Shown: positions 9,100 through 18,138, numbered from the stretch's first letter. The stretch: 64,000 nucleotides of DNA from Minisyncoccota bacterium (GCA_018062765.1 JAGORR010000001.1:570485-634484); one strand, 5' to 3'. Notes: generated by a model from the sequence alone, not told the origin. Numbers and translations: made by a program.

Positions 9100-10162
9100 A
9101 TACCACGAGGATTTATTCTTCAGGACGACGACCCTGGTCGTCGCTCTGCAGACGGGATTTGCCTTGTTCCTTCTCGCGCTCGTCGCAATCGGTGGGTCGT
9201 ACCTCTACCAATCGATTATCGGCGAGGTCTCCGAGGCGCTCGCAAAGAGCCTCGCAGAGGACGCTCCTCCCGGAAGCGCATTCGCGCTCGTCGAGAACCT
9301 GGAGTATGCGCGCACCTCGATCATCGTCATCGTAGGTACGTTGGTTCTCGTTGGAACCGCGATATTTGGGTACCTGATTGCGCAACTTGCTTTGGGACCC
9401 ACCCGATCAGCACTCGAGAGTCAGAAGCAATTTGTATCAAATGTCGCGCACGAGCTGCGTACCCCGCTCTCGATTATTAAAACGAATGCGGAGGTCGCGC
9501 TCTTCTCGGAAGCACAGGGCACCAAGACTCGCGCGATGCTCGAAAGTACCGTCGAAGAACTCGACCGCATCTCGGATATCATCAATAACCTGCTTTCGCT
9601 CTCGGCAGTGGTGCGTCCCGGCAGACTCAAGTTAAGAGCAGTCTCACTCCCTGACGTTGTCGCGCACAGTGTCGCGAACCTCAAGGACTTCGCGGCAAAG
9701 CGTTCAATCGAGCTTAAAGTGATGGCGGACGACGTTCCTCCCGTATGGGGGAACGCCGCAGCCCTAGAGCAGATAGTCATGAATCTGGTTAAGAACGCGG
9801 TTTCCTATAGCCGCGAGGGCGCGCCGCCGGTACTCATTCGCATCGCTTCCGACCATCATGGGCACGTAGAACTTTCCGTCGAGGATGAGGGTGTTGGCAT
9901 CCCGGAAAATGACCTCGCGCGAGTCGTCGAACCATTCTATCGAGGCGATCCGTCCCGGACGCGTCGCATGTCAGGTTCAGGCTTGGGGCTCACCATAGTG
10001 AACGAGCTTCTGAAGCTTCACGAAGGAAAGATGCGTATCCGGAGCACTCCAGGCCGCGGAACGAAAGTTCTTGTGACGCTGCGGCGCGCGCCAGATGCGA
10101 AAGAGGAAACGAGCCAAGCCTCGCCAAGCGAAGTTATCGTTGATTTCTCGCCCGCAGCCTGA
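9008..10162 (+). CDS. Sensor histidine kinase (2 TM, HisKA, HATPase_c)
   Basis: H-box VAHELRTPLSIIKTN. N, G1 and G2 boxes. The start is uncertain (9008 or 9035). It overlaps the 3' end of the regulator gene in another frame. Confidence 0.8.
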   Translation: MSKTSARSSMTAAAKRSSRRFVGSVTDFARRYHEDLFFRTTTLVVALQTGFALFLLALVAIGGSYLYQSIIGEVSEALAKSLAEDAPPGSAFALVENLEYARTSIIVIVGTLVLVGTAIFGYLIAQLALGPTRSALESQKQFVSNVAHELRTPLSIIKTNAEVALFSEAQGTKTRAMLESTVEELDRISDIINNLLSLSAVVRPGRLKLRAVSLPDVVAHSVANLKDFAAKRSIELKVMADDVPPVWGNAAALEQIVMNLVKNAVSYSREGAPPVLIRIASDHHGHVELSVEDEGVGIPENDLARVVEPFYRGDPSRTRRMSGSGLGLTIVNELLKLHEGKMRIRSTPGRGTKVLVTLRRAPDAKEETSQASPSEVIVDFSPAA

Positions 10163-10357
10163 CGCTTCACTCAGGACTCATCGCAACCTCTGTACCATAC
10201 CGACAGACGGCACCTTCCCGGCGTGAAGGCTGCGCTTGCTTACTCCAGGGCCGCAGCCTTTGCGCATATGTGACCGCATGCTGTTGGGTTATGGCCATTT
10301 TGAATTTGGATTTGGCCGATAGAAAGCATGCCGCTGCAGAAAGTATAAAAGGAGTAC

Positions 10358-10388
10358 GAAGCAATCCGCCCTTCGGGCGGATTGCTTC
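10358..10388. terminator. 14-bp stem hairpin with TTCG-type loop, terminator for the minus-strand DUF1428 gene
   Basis: GAAGCAATCCGCCC-ttc-GGGCGGATTGCTTC, followed on the minus strand by TCGTACTCCTTTTATAC. Confidence 0.5.
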
Positions 10389-10402
10389 GTCGAGCACGGG
10401 TC

Positions 10403-10792
10403 TTAGCCCACCACTACCGTGAAGCCCCCGTAGGCCATGCGTGTGTGGTCGAACGGCATGGTCATATCTTTTTCTTTCACGTTGGCGTACTTCTTCTCCA
10501 TATATGCCATTACTTTCTTATTCACGGAGTCGCGGTGCGCCTTACTCTTGAAAGTGATGTAGGAAAACCATACAGTCTCTGATGGCTTTGCATTCGCGAG
10601 CTTGGTGAATGAAAGCGCTGGCGCCATGCCGTGCTGGCTCTTCGTCTTGAGGTCAGTCCCCATGCACTCCTTATAGTCGAGCGCGCCGAACTTCTTCCAG
10701 GCAGCCGCGCCCTCTCGCGCCATCTTCTTGTATGCGGCGACATTCTTCTTTGGCACAGCAAATACAAATCCGTCTACATAGGTCGTTTTCAT
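10403..10792 (-). CDS. DUF1428 family protein
   Basis: MKTTYVDGFVFAVPKKN...YKECMG matches the DUF1428 N-terminus. 129 aa. Confidence 0.65.
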   Translation of the reverse strand: MKTTYVDGFVFAVPKKNVAAYKKMAREGAAAWKKFGALDYKECMGTDLKTKSQHGMAPALSFTKLANAKPSETVWFSYITFKSKAHRDSVNKKVMAYMEKKYANVKEKDMTMPFDHTRMAYGGFTVVVG

Positions 10793-10850
10793 GCGTCCAG
10801 TATAGCAAGCACGAAACCCCGTTGAGAGCGCGACGTGCGCCCGCCGCTAG

Positions 10851-11624
10851 CTAGTTCTTGAGTCCGACTCCCCTTTTGAAAAGCCAGAGCACGAGCGCCA
10901 TGAGTACGACCGTCAGCCCGATGAGGATACCAAACGAGAGCATGACGTTCACATCCGAAACACCGAGGAATCCATAGCGGAAGGCGTTCACCATGTAGAG
11001 GATGGGATTAAATTGCGATACGGCGCCCCAGAACGGCGGGAGCTGGTCTATCGAATAGAACACCCCGCCGAGGTACGTAAGCGGCGTAAGGACGAACGTG
11101 GGAACGATAGATATAGCATCGAAGGACTTTGCATAGAAACCGTTCACGAGTCCAGCCAGAGAGAATACGAGCGCCGTAAGGAACGCGGCAAAAAATACGA
11201 TAAAAATGTTCACCAAGGCGAGGTGCGTGAAGAAGAGCGAGGTCACCGTAACGAGGATGCCAACCAAGCCAGCGCGCAGTATCCCGCCTGAGACGAAGCC
11301 CGCCATCACGACCCAGTTAGGCATTGGCGAAACCAGGACTTCGTCGATGGTGCGCACCCACTTCGCAAAGTAGAACGTGGAAACGGTGTTCATGTAGGCG
11401 GAGGTGATAATTGCCATCATCACGAGTCCCGGCACAATAAACTGCATGTAGGAAAAGCCGTGTATATCGCCTATTTGGCTGCCGATGAATCCTCCGAAGA
11501 TGATGAAGTACAGCGACATCGTGACGACCGGCGGCAGCAAGGTCTGCGACCAGATACGGATGATGCGCACGAACTCCCGACGGATCATCGTGTAGTAGGC
11601 GACGAGTATCTTATTGAATGGCAT
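10851..11624 (-). CDS. ABC-2 type transporter permease
   Basis: 257 aa, 6 predicted TM helices, ABC-2/YadH-like pattern. 1-nt gap to the upstream ATPase gene. Confidence 0.8.
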   Translation of the reverse strand: MPFNKILVAYYTMIRREFVRIIRIWSQTLLPPVVTMSLYFIIFGGFIGSQIGDIHGFSYMQFIVPGLVMMAIITSAYMNTVSTFYFAKWVRTIDEVLVSPMPNWVVMAGFVSGGILRAGLVGILVTVTSLFFTHLALVNIFIVFFAAFLTALVFSLAGLVNGFYAKSFDAISIVPTFVLTPLTYLGGVFYSIDQLPPFWGAVSQFNPILYMVNAFRYGFLGVSDVNVMLSFGILIGLTVVLMALVLWLFKRGVGLKN

Positions 11625-11625
11625 A

Positions 11626-12375
11626 TCAGGCAGCGGGTTCCTTATTCTCTACGATCTCCATAAAGATATCCTCGAGCTTCTTCCCGTTGTGGCGCGTGAG
11701 TAGGTCCTGCATCGGCTCATCGACAGCGATGACGCCCTTGTTGATGATGGCGACGTGCTTTGCGAGCTGTTCCGCCTCTTCAAGGTAATGGGTCGTAAGG
11801 ACGATGGTAGTGCCGGCAGCCGATATCTGGCGCAGATATTCCCACATGCCGCGGCGAAGCTCGACGTCGACACCTGCGGTCGGCTCATCAAGGAGCAGGA
11901 TCTTCGGCTCGTGGATAAGCGCGCGTGCGATCATTAGGCGCCTCTTCATGCCGCCTGAAAGCTTCTGCGATGCATCGTGGCGCTTCTCCCAGAGCCCGAG
12001 GTTCTTGAGAATAGGCTCAACCCTGCGGCGCGCCTCGTCCCGCGGAATGCCGTAGAAACCTGCCTGGTCGAGAATGATGTTCTCGACCTTCTCAAAAATA
12101 TTGAAGTTGAATTCCTGCGGAACGAGGCCGATCATGGACTTCGCCTCCTCCGCATGCGTATCGATATCGAATCCGAGCACCGATACGGTGCCGCCGGTCT
12201 TCACCGTGAGTCCGGCCGCAATACCGATGAGAGTCGTCTTCCCCGCACCATTAGGTCCGAGCAAGGCGAAGAACTCTCCCTTAGGCACCGTGAGCGTCAC
12301 GCCCTTCAAGGCCTCAGTACCCTTCGGGTACTGCTTCCTAAGTCCCTCTATTTTCAATGCCGGTGCGTCACTCAT
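11626..12375 (-). CDS. ABC transporter ATP-binding protein
   Basis: Walker A GPNGAGKTT. Signature LSGGMKRR. Walker B ILLLDEPTAGVD. The ORF track start at 12396 is TTG, so the ATG at 12375 is preferred. Confidence 0.85.
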   Translation of the reverse strand: MSDAPALKIEGLRKQYPKGTEALKGVTLTVPKGEFFALLGPNGAGKTTLIGIAAGLTVKTGGTVSVLGFDIDTHAEEAKSMIGLVPQEFNFNIFEKVENIILDQAGFYGIPRDEARRRVEPILKNLGLWEKRHDASQKLSGGMKRRLMIARALIHEPKILLLDEPTAGVDVELRRGMWEYLRQISAAGTTIVLTTHYLEEAEQLAKHVAIINKGVIAVDEPMQDLLTRHNGKKLEDIFMEIVENKEPAA

Positions 12376-12465
12376 GTAGTAATGGCATTGTAGCAAATCG
12401 GCGCTCGAGGCGCTCTGTGGACGGAGAAAGCCGCGCTTTTACGCGCGGCTTTGCCTTTGTGATAA

Positions 12466-12540
12466 GGCGACTCTCGTACGGCCCAGTTGTGAAAGATTCC
12501 TCGACTTGCGTCTGTGGAAGTAAGCCGTACGAGACTCGCC
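12466..12540. promoter_or_regulatory. Long-range inverted repeat: 17-nt arms GGCGACTCTCGTACGGC / GCCGTACGAGACTCGCC (1 mismatch) separated by 41 nt, in a divergent intergenic region
   Basis: Seen in sequence. Lies between the ABC exporter operon and the 12686 gene. Confidence 0.35.
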
Positions 12541-12617
12541 TCATTACCTACCCTCTAGGAGATACCCCGAAGTTATTTAGAGACTATCATAGGCACATTT
12601 ATCTGTCAAGCCACGGT

Positions 12618-12647
12618 TTGACAAAGTACCAATATGTGGGTTATAAT
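12618..12647 (+). promoter_or_regulatory. Near-consensus sigma70-type promoter (TTGACA, 18-nt spacer, TATAAT) for the 12686 gene
   Basis: TTGACA at 12618-12623, TATAAT at 12642-12647. AGGAG Shine-Dalgarno 8 nt before the ATG at 12686. Confidence 0.5.
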
Positions 12648-12685
12648 CTGGCCTAGAGTACCCCGTATTCGAAAGGAGCAAACAA

Positions 12686-13081
12686 ATGGCGAAGTCCAAG
12701 TGGAAACGGTTTGTGGAGGGCCGCTGGGTCATGCAGGTCCTGGTGGATACGCAGTCCGCTCTCACGGACGCCGGAATCGAGGTGAGCTACGCTGCCGACG
12801 CTCTCAAGGAGCGCACCGGTACGAACATACTCGACTTCCTCGACCAGCTCGCAAAGGACGAATCTCTCTGGGCACAGGTGCCTGACTCGATTCCCTTTCC
12901 GGAGCCTTCCAAGCAGCGAATGAGAGAAGCCATGTCCTTCCTGTCCGGTCTATCAGAGGACCGCGGTCGCCCGGAGGATGCCGAAGCGATTCGCGCCATG
13001 GAGGCCGAGGCCTTTATGCCGCGGAAGAAGATGGAGCTGCGGGCGAGCCTCAACAAGTTACTTGTTGAGCACCGCGCCTGA
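12686..13081 (+). CDS. Hypothetical protein
   Basis: 131 aa with a strong promoter and SD. No recognisable motif. Confidence 0.5.
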   Translation: MAKSKWKRFVEGRWVMQVLVDTQSALTDAGIEVSYAADALKERTGTNILDFLDQLAKDESLWAQVPDSIPFPEPSKQRMREAMSFLSGLSEDRGRPEDAEAIRAMEAEAFMPRKKMELRASLNKLLVEHRA

Positions 13082-13141
13082 AACCCTTCGAGCGAACGCA
13101 ACACAAGAACCCCGGCCAAACTATGGCCGGGGTTTCGCACA

Positions 13142-13810
13142 TCAACCGAGGTGCGCCTGGTCGTTGTGAGTCGTGAGCCGCCAGTGCTGCTTGCCACGGA
13201 AATTCTCGACGTACTGGAAAACCGAGATGCCGGTATTCTGCATCACGATGTTCCAGTGAAGCTCGCCATACTGCTCACCGGTAAGTGTCGTGGGCATAAG
13301 TACCCGCGCGATGAGCATCCGCGTAAAGTAGCCATGGGAAACCGCGAGAATGGATTTCTCAGGTCGTGCCAGCATATGCGCAAGCACAGCGTCAGCGCGC
13401 GAAATCAGATCGTCGAAGTTCTCGCCGTCCTGAACCCGCATCCCTGGCGTCGAGAGGCTTTCCTCCCACTGGTCACAAAGCTCCATTGCTTCAGGGTCGT
13501 CGAGCCGCTTCCCAAGGAGCTCCGTGGGCTTTACCCGCTCCACCAAAAGATCGAGTCGTTCGAATGGCTTGTCGCAGGCCCGCGAGATTGCGAGCGCCGT
13601 ATCCCAGGCGCGCGCAAGCGGGCTCGCGATAATCGCCTCGAAATCGAGCTTTGTAGCGCGGAGCGCGATTTGCTCGGCCTGTGCCCTTCCGGTCACGCTC
13701 AAAGGCGAGTCCGGATGCTGGAACTCGACCCCTTCGTTTCCTTCGCTGCTACCGTGGCGTACGACATACAGCGTCTTCAACGTACCGCTATTTTTCCGTA
13801 TAGCTTTCAT
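13142..13810 (-). CDS. Histidine phosphatase family protein (phosphoglycerate mutase-like)
   Basis: LYVVRHGSSEGN (RHG catalytic motif). Later H in AVSHG. 222 aa. Confidence 0.75.
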   Translation of the reverse strand: MKAIRKNSGTLKTLYVVRHGSSEGNEGVEFQHPDSPLSVTGRAQAEQIALRATKLDFEAIIASPLARAWDTALAISRACDKPFERLDLLVERVKPTELLGKRLDDPEAMELCDQWEESLSTPGMRVQDGENFDDLISRADAVLAHMLARPEKSILAVSHGYFTRMLIARVLMPTTLTGEQYGELHWNIVMQNTGISVFQYVENFRGKQHWRLTTHNDQAHLG

Positions 13811-13861
13811 TGATATCTCCTTTCCTTTTTGAGCCTACCTCAGACAAGACACTGCGCAAGC

Positions 13862-14206
13862 CTACGTACGGCGCGTGTCGAGGACCTGCGGTGGAACCTC
13901 CTCAACCACGTACGTCGTCTCGGTAACGGTCTGCGCCCGGGCTTGTTCCGCAATCGTCTCGTCGAGCTTGCGGTTGTGTCGTTCGAGTCTACTGATGCGG
14001 AAGCTGTCCCCTATCATCGCGGGGATGGATACCAGGAGTGTAATCGCAGCACCAATAGCAAGCGCGATGATGACAAGAAGCGCTAAGGAACTCTCGAACT
14101 CCCAACCAAGGAAGCGAAGCGCGACCACGTCGGTGTTTTGTATAGCGAATATGATGGCGGCAGCCCCAAGCACGAATCCGATGATGAGCGAGAATATCAT
14201 GAGCAC
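13862..14206 (-). CDS. LapA/DUF1049-like small membrane protein
   Basis: Two N-terminal TM helices with the pattern FxxGWEFE. Coiled-coil tail. 114 aa. Confidence 0.55.
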   Translation of the reverse strand: MLMIFSLIIGFVLGAAAIIFAIQNTDVVALRFLGWEFESSLALLVIIALAIGAAITLLVSIPAMIGDSFRISRLERHNRKLDETIAEQARAQTVTETTYVVEEVPPQVLDTRRT

Positions 14207-14266
14207 AGTGTGCCCTTTCCCTCATGAAGAACGGATGTAGTCGTGTGAGGCTATACTTATATTCAT

Positions 14267-15931
14267 ATGGACATTGCAGAGCGACTGAAAAGCGTCATGC
14301 GCGGCGAAGTATCGACCACGGATGCCGACTTAGAGTCAGCAAGCCGCGATACAAGTCTCTTCGTCCGCATGCCGAAAGCTGTTGCCTACCCGAAGGATGC
14401 GGAGGACGTCGCGAGCGCGGTACGAGCGATCGCGGACGCGAAAAAAGCCGGTGAGGACGTCGCTCTCGCGGCGCGCGCTGCGGGCACTGACATGTCGGGC
14501 GGCCCGCTCACGGACTCCGTGGTTCTTTCGTTTACAAAGCACATGCAGCGCATAGACGACCTTGAGTGCGATGCCGAATGCGTCGCGGGAACGATGTGGA
14601 CCGAGCCCGGCGTCTACTACCGTGATTTCGAGAAAGCGACGATTGCCAAGGGGCTCATCATGCCGTCCTACCCCGCATCCCGGGAACTTGCTGCCATGGG
14701 CGGAATTGTTGCAAACGATTCGGGCGGCGAGAAGACCCTAGCCTACGGGAAGACGCATGACTACGTCGAGGAATTGGAGGTCGTGCTTGCTGACGGCACC
14801 CGCACCTCTTTCAAAGCACTCACGAAGACGGAAGTGGCTCAAAAGAAGCTCGTAGACGGGCTTGAGGGTCGTATCTATCGCGAACTCGACAAGCTTCTGT
14901 CGGAGCATGCTGATGTGATAGAAACCGCACGACCCAAGGTGTCAAAGAATTCCGCAGGCTACGCACTATGGGACGTGCGTACGACTGACGGCGGCATGAA
15001 CCTCGCAAAGCTCATCGCAGGCTCTCAAGGAACGCTCGTGCTATGGACGCGCGCGAAGCTCCGCCTCGTGAAGCCTAAGGCCCACCGCGCGATGCTCATC
15101 GTCTTTCTTAACGAGGTACCGCTTTTGCCGGAAGTCGTGAAGCGTATCCTTCCTTTCTCTCCCGAATCGTTCGAGTCCTATGACGACCACACGTTCACGC
15201 TCGCGGTGAAGTTCCTTCCCGAGATGCTCTCGCAGATGGGCTGGACGCGCGCTGCGCGCCTCGGCATATCTTTCATCCCCGAAGCTGAGATGGTGTTACT
15301 AGGCGGCGTCCCGAAGCTCGTCCTTATGGCGGAATTCGCGGAGGATACCATCGAAGAGGCGGATGCGAAGGCGGAGCAAGCTCGCGTAGCGCTCGCAGGA
15401 CTCGATCTCAAATCCCACATTGAGAAGGATGAGGCGCACTCGGAGAAGTACTGGATCGTGCGCCGCGAAAGTTTCCGCCTCTTACGCAAGAATCTGCGCG
15501 GGACATACGCTTCCCCGTTTATCGATGACTTCGTCGTTCCTACCGACTCGTACGACCGGTTCCTACCCGAGCTTCACGCGCTTCTCGACGAGTACAAGGA
15601 TTCTATGGTCTACACGGTCGCGGGTCACATCGGGAACGGGAACTTCCACATCATCCCCCTCATGGACCTCAAGAACCCTGAGGCTCGCACCACCGTACTG
15701 GAGCTTGCGCCACGGGTGTACGACCTCGTTATCCGCTACGGTGGCACCACGACCGGCGAGCATAACGACGGTATCATCCGGACGCCATACCTCGAGAAGC
15801 TTTTCGGGAGCGAGATGGTGCAACTTTTCCAGAAGACCAAGACGCTTTTCGATCCTCTGAACATCCTGAACCCTGGGAAGAAAGTCGGAGGCACATCCGA
15901 GGACATCGAGAGATTCATGATTCCCGGGTAG
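14267..15931 (+). CDS. FAD-binding oxidoreductase (FAD-linked oxidase, GlcD-like)
   Basis: N-terminal FAD-binding PCMH-type region (AVAYPKDAEDVASAVRAI...GAGTDMSGGPL). 554 aa. Confidence 0.8.
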   Translation: MDIAERLKSVMRGEVSTTDADLESASRDTSLFVRMPKAVAYPKDAEDVASAVRAIADAKKAGEDVALAARAAGTDMSGGPLTDSVVLSFTKHMQRIDDLECDAECVAGTMWTEPGVYYRDFEKATIAKGLIMPSYPASRELAAMGGIVANDSGGEKTLAYGKTHDYVEELEVVLADGTRTSFKALTKTEVAQKKLVDGLEGRIYRELDKLLSEHADVIETARPKVSKNSAGYALWDVRTTDGGMNLAKLIAGSQGTLVLWTRAKLRLVKPKAHRAMLIVFLNEVPLLPEVVKRILPFSPESFESYDDHTFTLAVKFLPEMLSQMGWTRAARLGISFIPEAEMVLLGGVPKLVLMAEFAEDTIEEADAKAEQARVALAGLDLKSHIEKDEAHSEKYWIVRRESFRLLRKNLRGTYASPFIDDFVVPTDSYDRFLPELHALLDEYKDSMVYTVAGHIGNGNFHIIPLMDLKNPEARTTVLELAPRVYDLVIRYGGTTTGEHNDGIIRTPYLEKLFGSEMVQLFQKTKTLFDPLNILNPGKKVGGTSEDIERFMIPG

Positions 15932-15932
15932 C

Positions 15933-15960
15933 TTGATTTACGTAGTGAATATGGTATAAT
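15933..15960 (+). promoter_or_regulatory. Candidate extended -10 promoter (TTGATT, 16-nt spacer, TGgTATAAT) for the GNAT gene
   Basis: Seen in sequence. AGGAG SD 8 nt before the GTG start at 15988. Confidence 0.4.
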
Positions 15961-15987
15961 GGTTAGAGACAGTCAAGGAGTATCAGA

Positions 15988-16455
15988 GTGAACGTTGGAA
16001 ACAAGCAGGTTCTCACCACCATGGAGCACGCCGCTCTCGTGTGCGAGATCGAGTCTGCGGCAGATACTGGGTTTCTCACGCTGTACGCGAGCGAGACGGA
16101 CGCGCTTGATGACCTTTCGCACGGCTGGGCCTTCTTCGCCTACGAGGACGGTACTGCCGTCGGTGTCATCGCCGTGACGCAAAAGGCAGGGCCTTTGCAA
16201 GCGGTCATCGAACTCCTCGCCGTTCGCAAGGAATACCAGCGCCGGCGCATCGCCCGGACACTCATGGCGCGAGCGCTCGAGGAGCTCAAAGACGTACCCA
16301 CGGTCGAGCTCACTACGCGGGTCGGCAACCCGGCACGCACGCTCTACGAACGATTCGATTTCGTCGTGAAATCGGTCGAAGAGGACATGTACGGCGACGG
16401 CAAGCCCCGGTACATCATGAGCTGGGAAGGTCCTCGTACCTTCGCCGCCTCCTAA
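15988..16455 (+). CDS. GNAT family N-acetyltransferase
   Basis: GNAT motif A region VRKEYQRRRIARTLM. 155 aa. GTG start. Confidence 0.75.
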   Translation: MNVGNKQVLTTMEHAALVCEIESAADTGFLTLYASETDALDDLSHGWAFFAYEDGTAVGVIAVTQKAGPLQAVIELLAVRKEYQRRRIARTLMARALEELKDVPTVELTTRVGNPARTLYERFDFVVKSVEEDMYGDGKPRYIMSWEGPRTFAAS

Positions 16456-16462
16456 CTTCGAA

Positions 16463-16498
16463 GCGCGGACCGGTTCACCGGCCCGCGCTTTCCTTTTA
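16463..16498 (+). terminator. Intrinsic terminator after the GNAT gene
   Basis: GCGCGGACCGG-ttca-CCGGCCCGCGC followed by TTTCCTTTTAT. Confidence 0.55.
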
Positions 16499-16519
16499 TC
16501 CCCACCGCACGAGCATCAT

Positions 16520-16548
16520 TTGTAAAAACCCCATATTCGTAGTATTAT
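16520..16548 (+). promoter_or_regulatory. Candidate promoter (TTGTAA, 17-nt spacer, TATTAT) for the RRM protein gene
   Basis: Seen in sequence. ~85-nt leader before the ATG at 16635. Confidence 0.4.
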
Positions 16549-16634
16549 TTTTTCAACTCGCGGAAGCAGAGCTCCGAGGCAAACCCTCAAAAGTGTTCGG
16601 GTCAGCGAGGTTATAAAGTTCAAGCATAGCCCTC

Positions 16635-16991
16635 ATGGCAAATAACAAGCTGTACGTCGGCGGTATCCCCTATCGCACGACCGAGGACGAGATGCGCCAG
16701 GCCTTCGAGGAGGCAGGAGCCGTATCGTCCGTCTCGATTATCATGGACCGCATGACCGGCCGCTCTCGCGGATTCGGGTTCGTCGAAATGGCGGATGATG
16801 CAGGCGCCCAGGCAGCTATCGAGCGTTGGGACGGCAAAGACTTCGGCGGCCGTACGCTCTCAGTCTCTCTCGCGCGTCCTCAGGGTGATCGTCCCGCAGG
16901 AGGCGGTGGCGGTGGCCGCGGAGGATTCGGAGGCGGCGGTAACGGCGGATTCGGAGGCGGCCGCGCATCGTTCGGCGGAGGCAGCTATTAA
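16635..16991 (+). CDS. Glycine-rich RNA-binding protein (RRM domain)
   Basis: RNP-2 LYVGGI. RNP-1 RGFGFVEM. C-terminal GGGGGRGGFGGGG tail. 118 aa. Confidence 0.85.
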   Translation: MANNKLYVGGIPYRTTEDEMRQAFEEAGAVSSVSIIMDRMTGRSRGFGFVEMADDAGAQAAIERWDGKDFGGRTLSVSLARPQGDRPAGGGGGGRGGFGGGGNGGFGGGRASFGGGSY

Positions 16992-17014
16992 ATCAACTGA
17001 CCTGACTCAAGAGG

Positions 17015-17041
17015 ACAGCCCCGTAAGGGGCTGTTTTCTTT
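17015..17041. terminator. Bidirectional intrinsic terminator between convergent genes
   Basis: ACAGCCCC-gtaa-GGGGCTGT followed by TTTCTTT. The GcrA-like gene ends 20 nt further on the other strand. Confidence 0.6.
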
Positions 17042-17060
17042 AGACTGACGCGATTCGCGT

Positions 17061-17615
17061 TCAATACGGGAATACGGCGACGGCATCCGCGCCCTTCGCT
17101 TCGATGGCGTCCTTGACACGCTGTTCGCGCGAGCGGAGATCGCCTGCCATACGATCATGGCCTTCGCAGTAGGGCGACTTTCGTCCGCTCTTGCGGAGAT
17201 GACCCGCCTTCCGTCCACAGAATCGAAAATCCTTCTGTTGCGGATCTCCGATGGGCCATCGGCAGATGTCTGCCGATAGGTTCTCGACAGTGACCGCACC
17301 TACCGGCATCGGCTCGAGAGCCTCGTGGCGCGGCTCTGGTGTTTCGATAAGCGGTTTGCGCTTACGGCTAGGGCTACAGGCAGCACCTGCAGGCGTCAAC
17401 GCGATTGCCCGCTCCTGCGGACGGCTCGGTTTTCTGGAGAGGGGGCGATCCGGCGAATTATTGAGCCCGGCGCGATTCACGATGCCGGAAACCTGACCGA
17501 TGGTCAGATGAAGCTCGCTCGCGATGGTGCTGAACGATTTGCCTCCGGCAAGCCACATACGCTTCACCGATTCCTTTTGCTCCTCGCCTGGTCTCGGCAC
17601 ATATCCGTCTGCCAT
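17061..17615 (-). CDS. gcrA: GcrA-like cell-cycle regulator family protein
   Basis: N-terminal W...LW..G.S...IA..L......V.G...R.GL pattern. C-terminal CRWPIGDP...FRFCG...YCEGH matches the GcrA C-terminal signature. 184 aa. Confidence 0.65.
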   Translation of the reverse strand: MADGYVPRPGEEQKESVKRMWLAGGKSFSTIASELHLTIGQVSGIVNRAGLNNSPDRPLSRKPSRPQERAIALTPAGAACSPSRKRKPLIETPEPRHEALEPMPVGAVTVENLSADICRWPIGDPQQKDFRFCGRKAGHLRKSGRKSPYCEGHDRMAGDLRSREQRVKDAIEAKGADAVAVFPY

Positions 17616-17691
17616 GGTGAATCCTTTCGAATATCAGAATCTGAGTGCATGAAAGCACACCGGACCCGGTTACGGAAGCTGCGGTGAAAAA

Positions 17692-18138
17692 CTAGCGCGG
17701 AAGCGGAAGGCTCTGGCTTTCCCGCTTCTTAGTCTCTGCGCTCCACCCCACCCAATTAGCGAGTATCTGCATGAACGTAGCCAAGGCAGCGAGCGCGAGG
17801 ACGAGGACGACAAACCATGCCAAGGGCTGCCACATATAGAAGAACGGCACGAAGAACGCGAACCAGAGGCCGGTGCACCACGGGCACGCCATAAGCTTCC
17901 CTAACGTTCCCCAGAAGGTTGTCTCGTCATGTGACTTGAGCCAGTCGCGCACGAAGTCCGTGATGTGGTCGTAGGTGACGAGACGCGTGAGCCGGAATAT
18001 CGCGAGCGACATGAGGATGAAGTCGCCCGCAGGAACCACCTCCGGTAAGAGCCCTTCGACCGAGAGCCACGCCGCGCCCCAAAGCACGATGGCCGCAAAC
18101 AGTACCGAGAAGAAGATATTCCATACCGGTAGTCGCAT
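17692..18138 (-). CDS. DUF1360 family membrane protein
   Basis: CPWCTGLW motif characteristic of DUF1360. 3-4 TM helices. The ORF track extends to 18231, but the ATG at 18138 avoids overlap with the divergent prmC. Confidence 0.55.
   Translation of the reverse strand: MRLPVWNIFFSVLFAAIVLWGAAWLSVEGLLPEVVPAGDFILMSLAIFRLTRLVTYDHITDFVRDWLKSHDETTFWGTLGKLMACPWCTGLWFAFFVPFFYMWQPLAWFVVLVLALAALATFMQILANWVGWSAETKKRESQSLPLPR

Noticed and set aside
10163-10357. 195-bp gap after the second histidine kinase
   Set aside because: Only weak ORFs and no clear structure beyond the adjacent terminator. Probably a spacer, though an sRNA cannot be excluded without expression data.
13151-13813. 220-aa plus-strand ORF
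   Set aside because: The opposite-strand ORF has the histidine-phosphatase RHG motif, so the plus-strand ORF is the spurious mirror.
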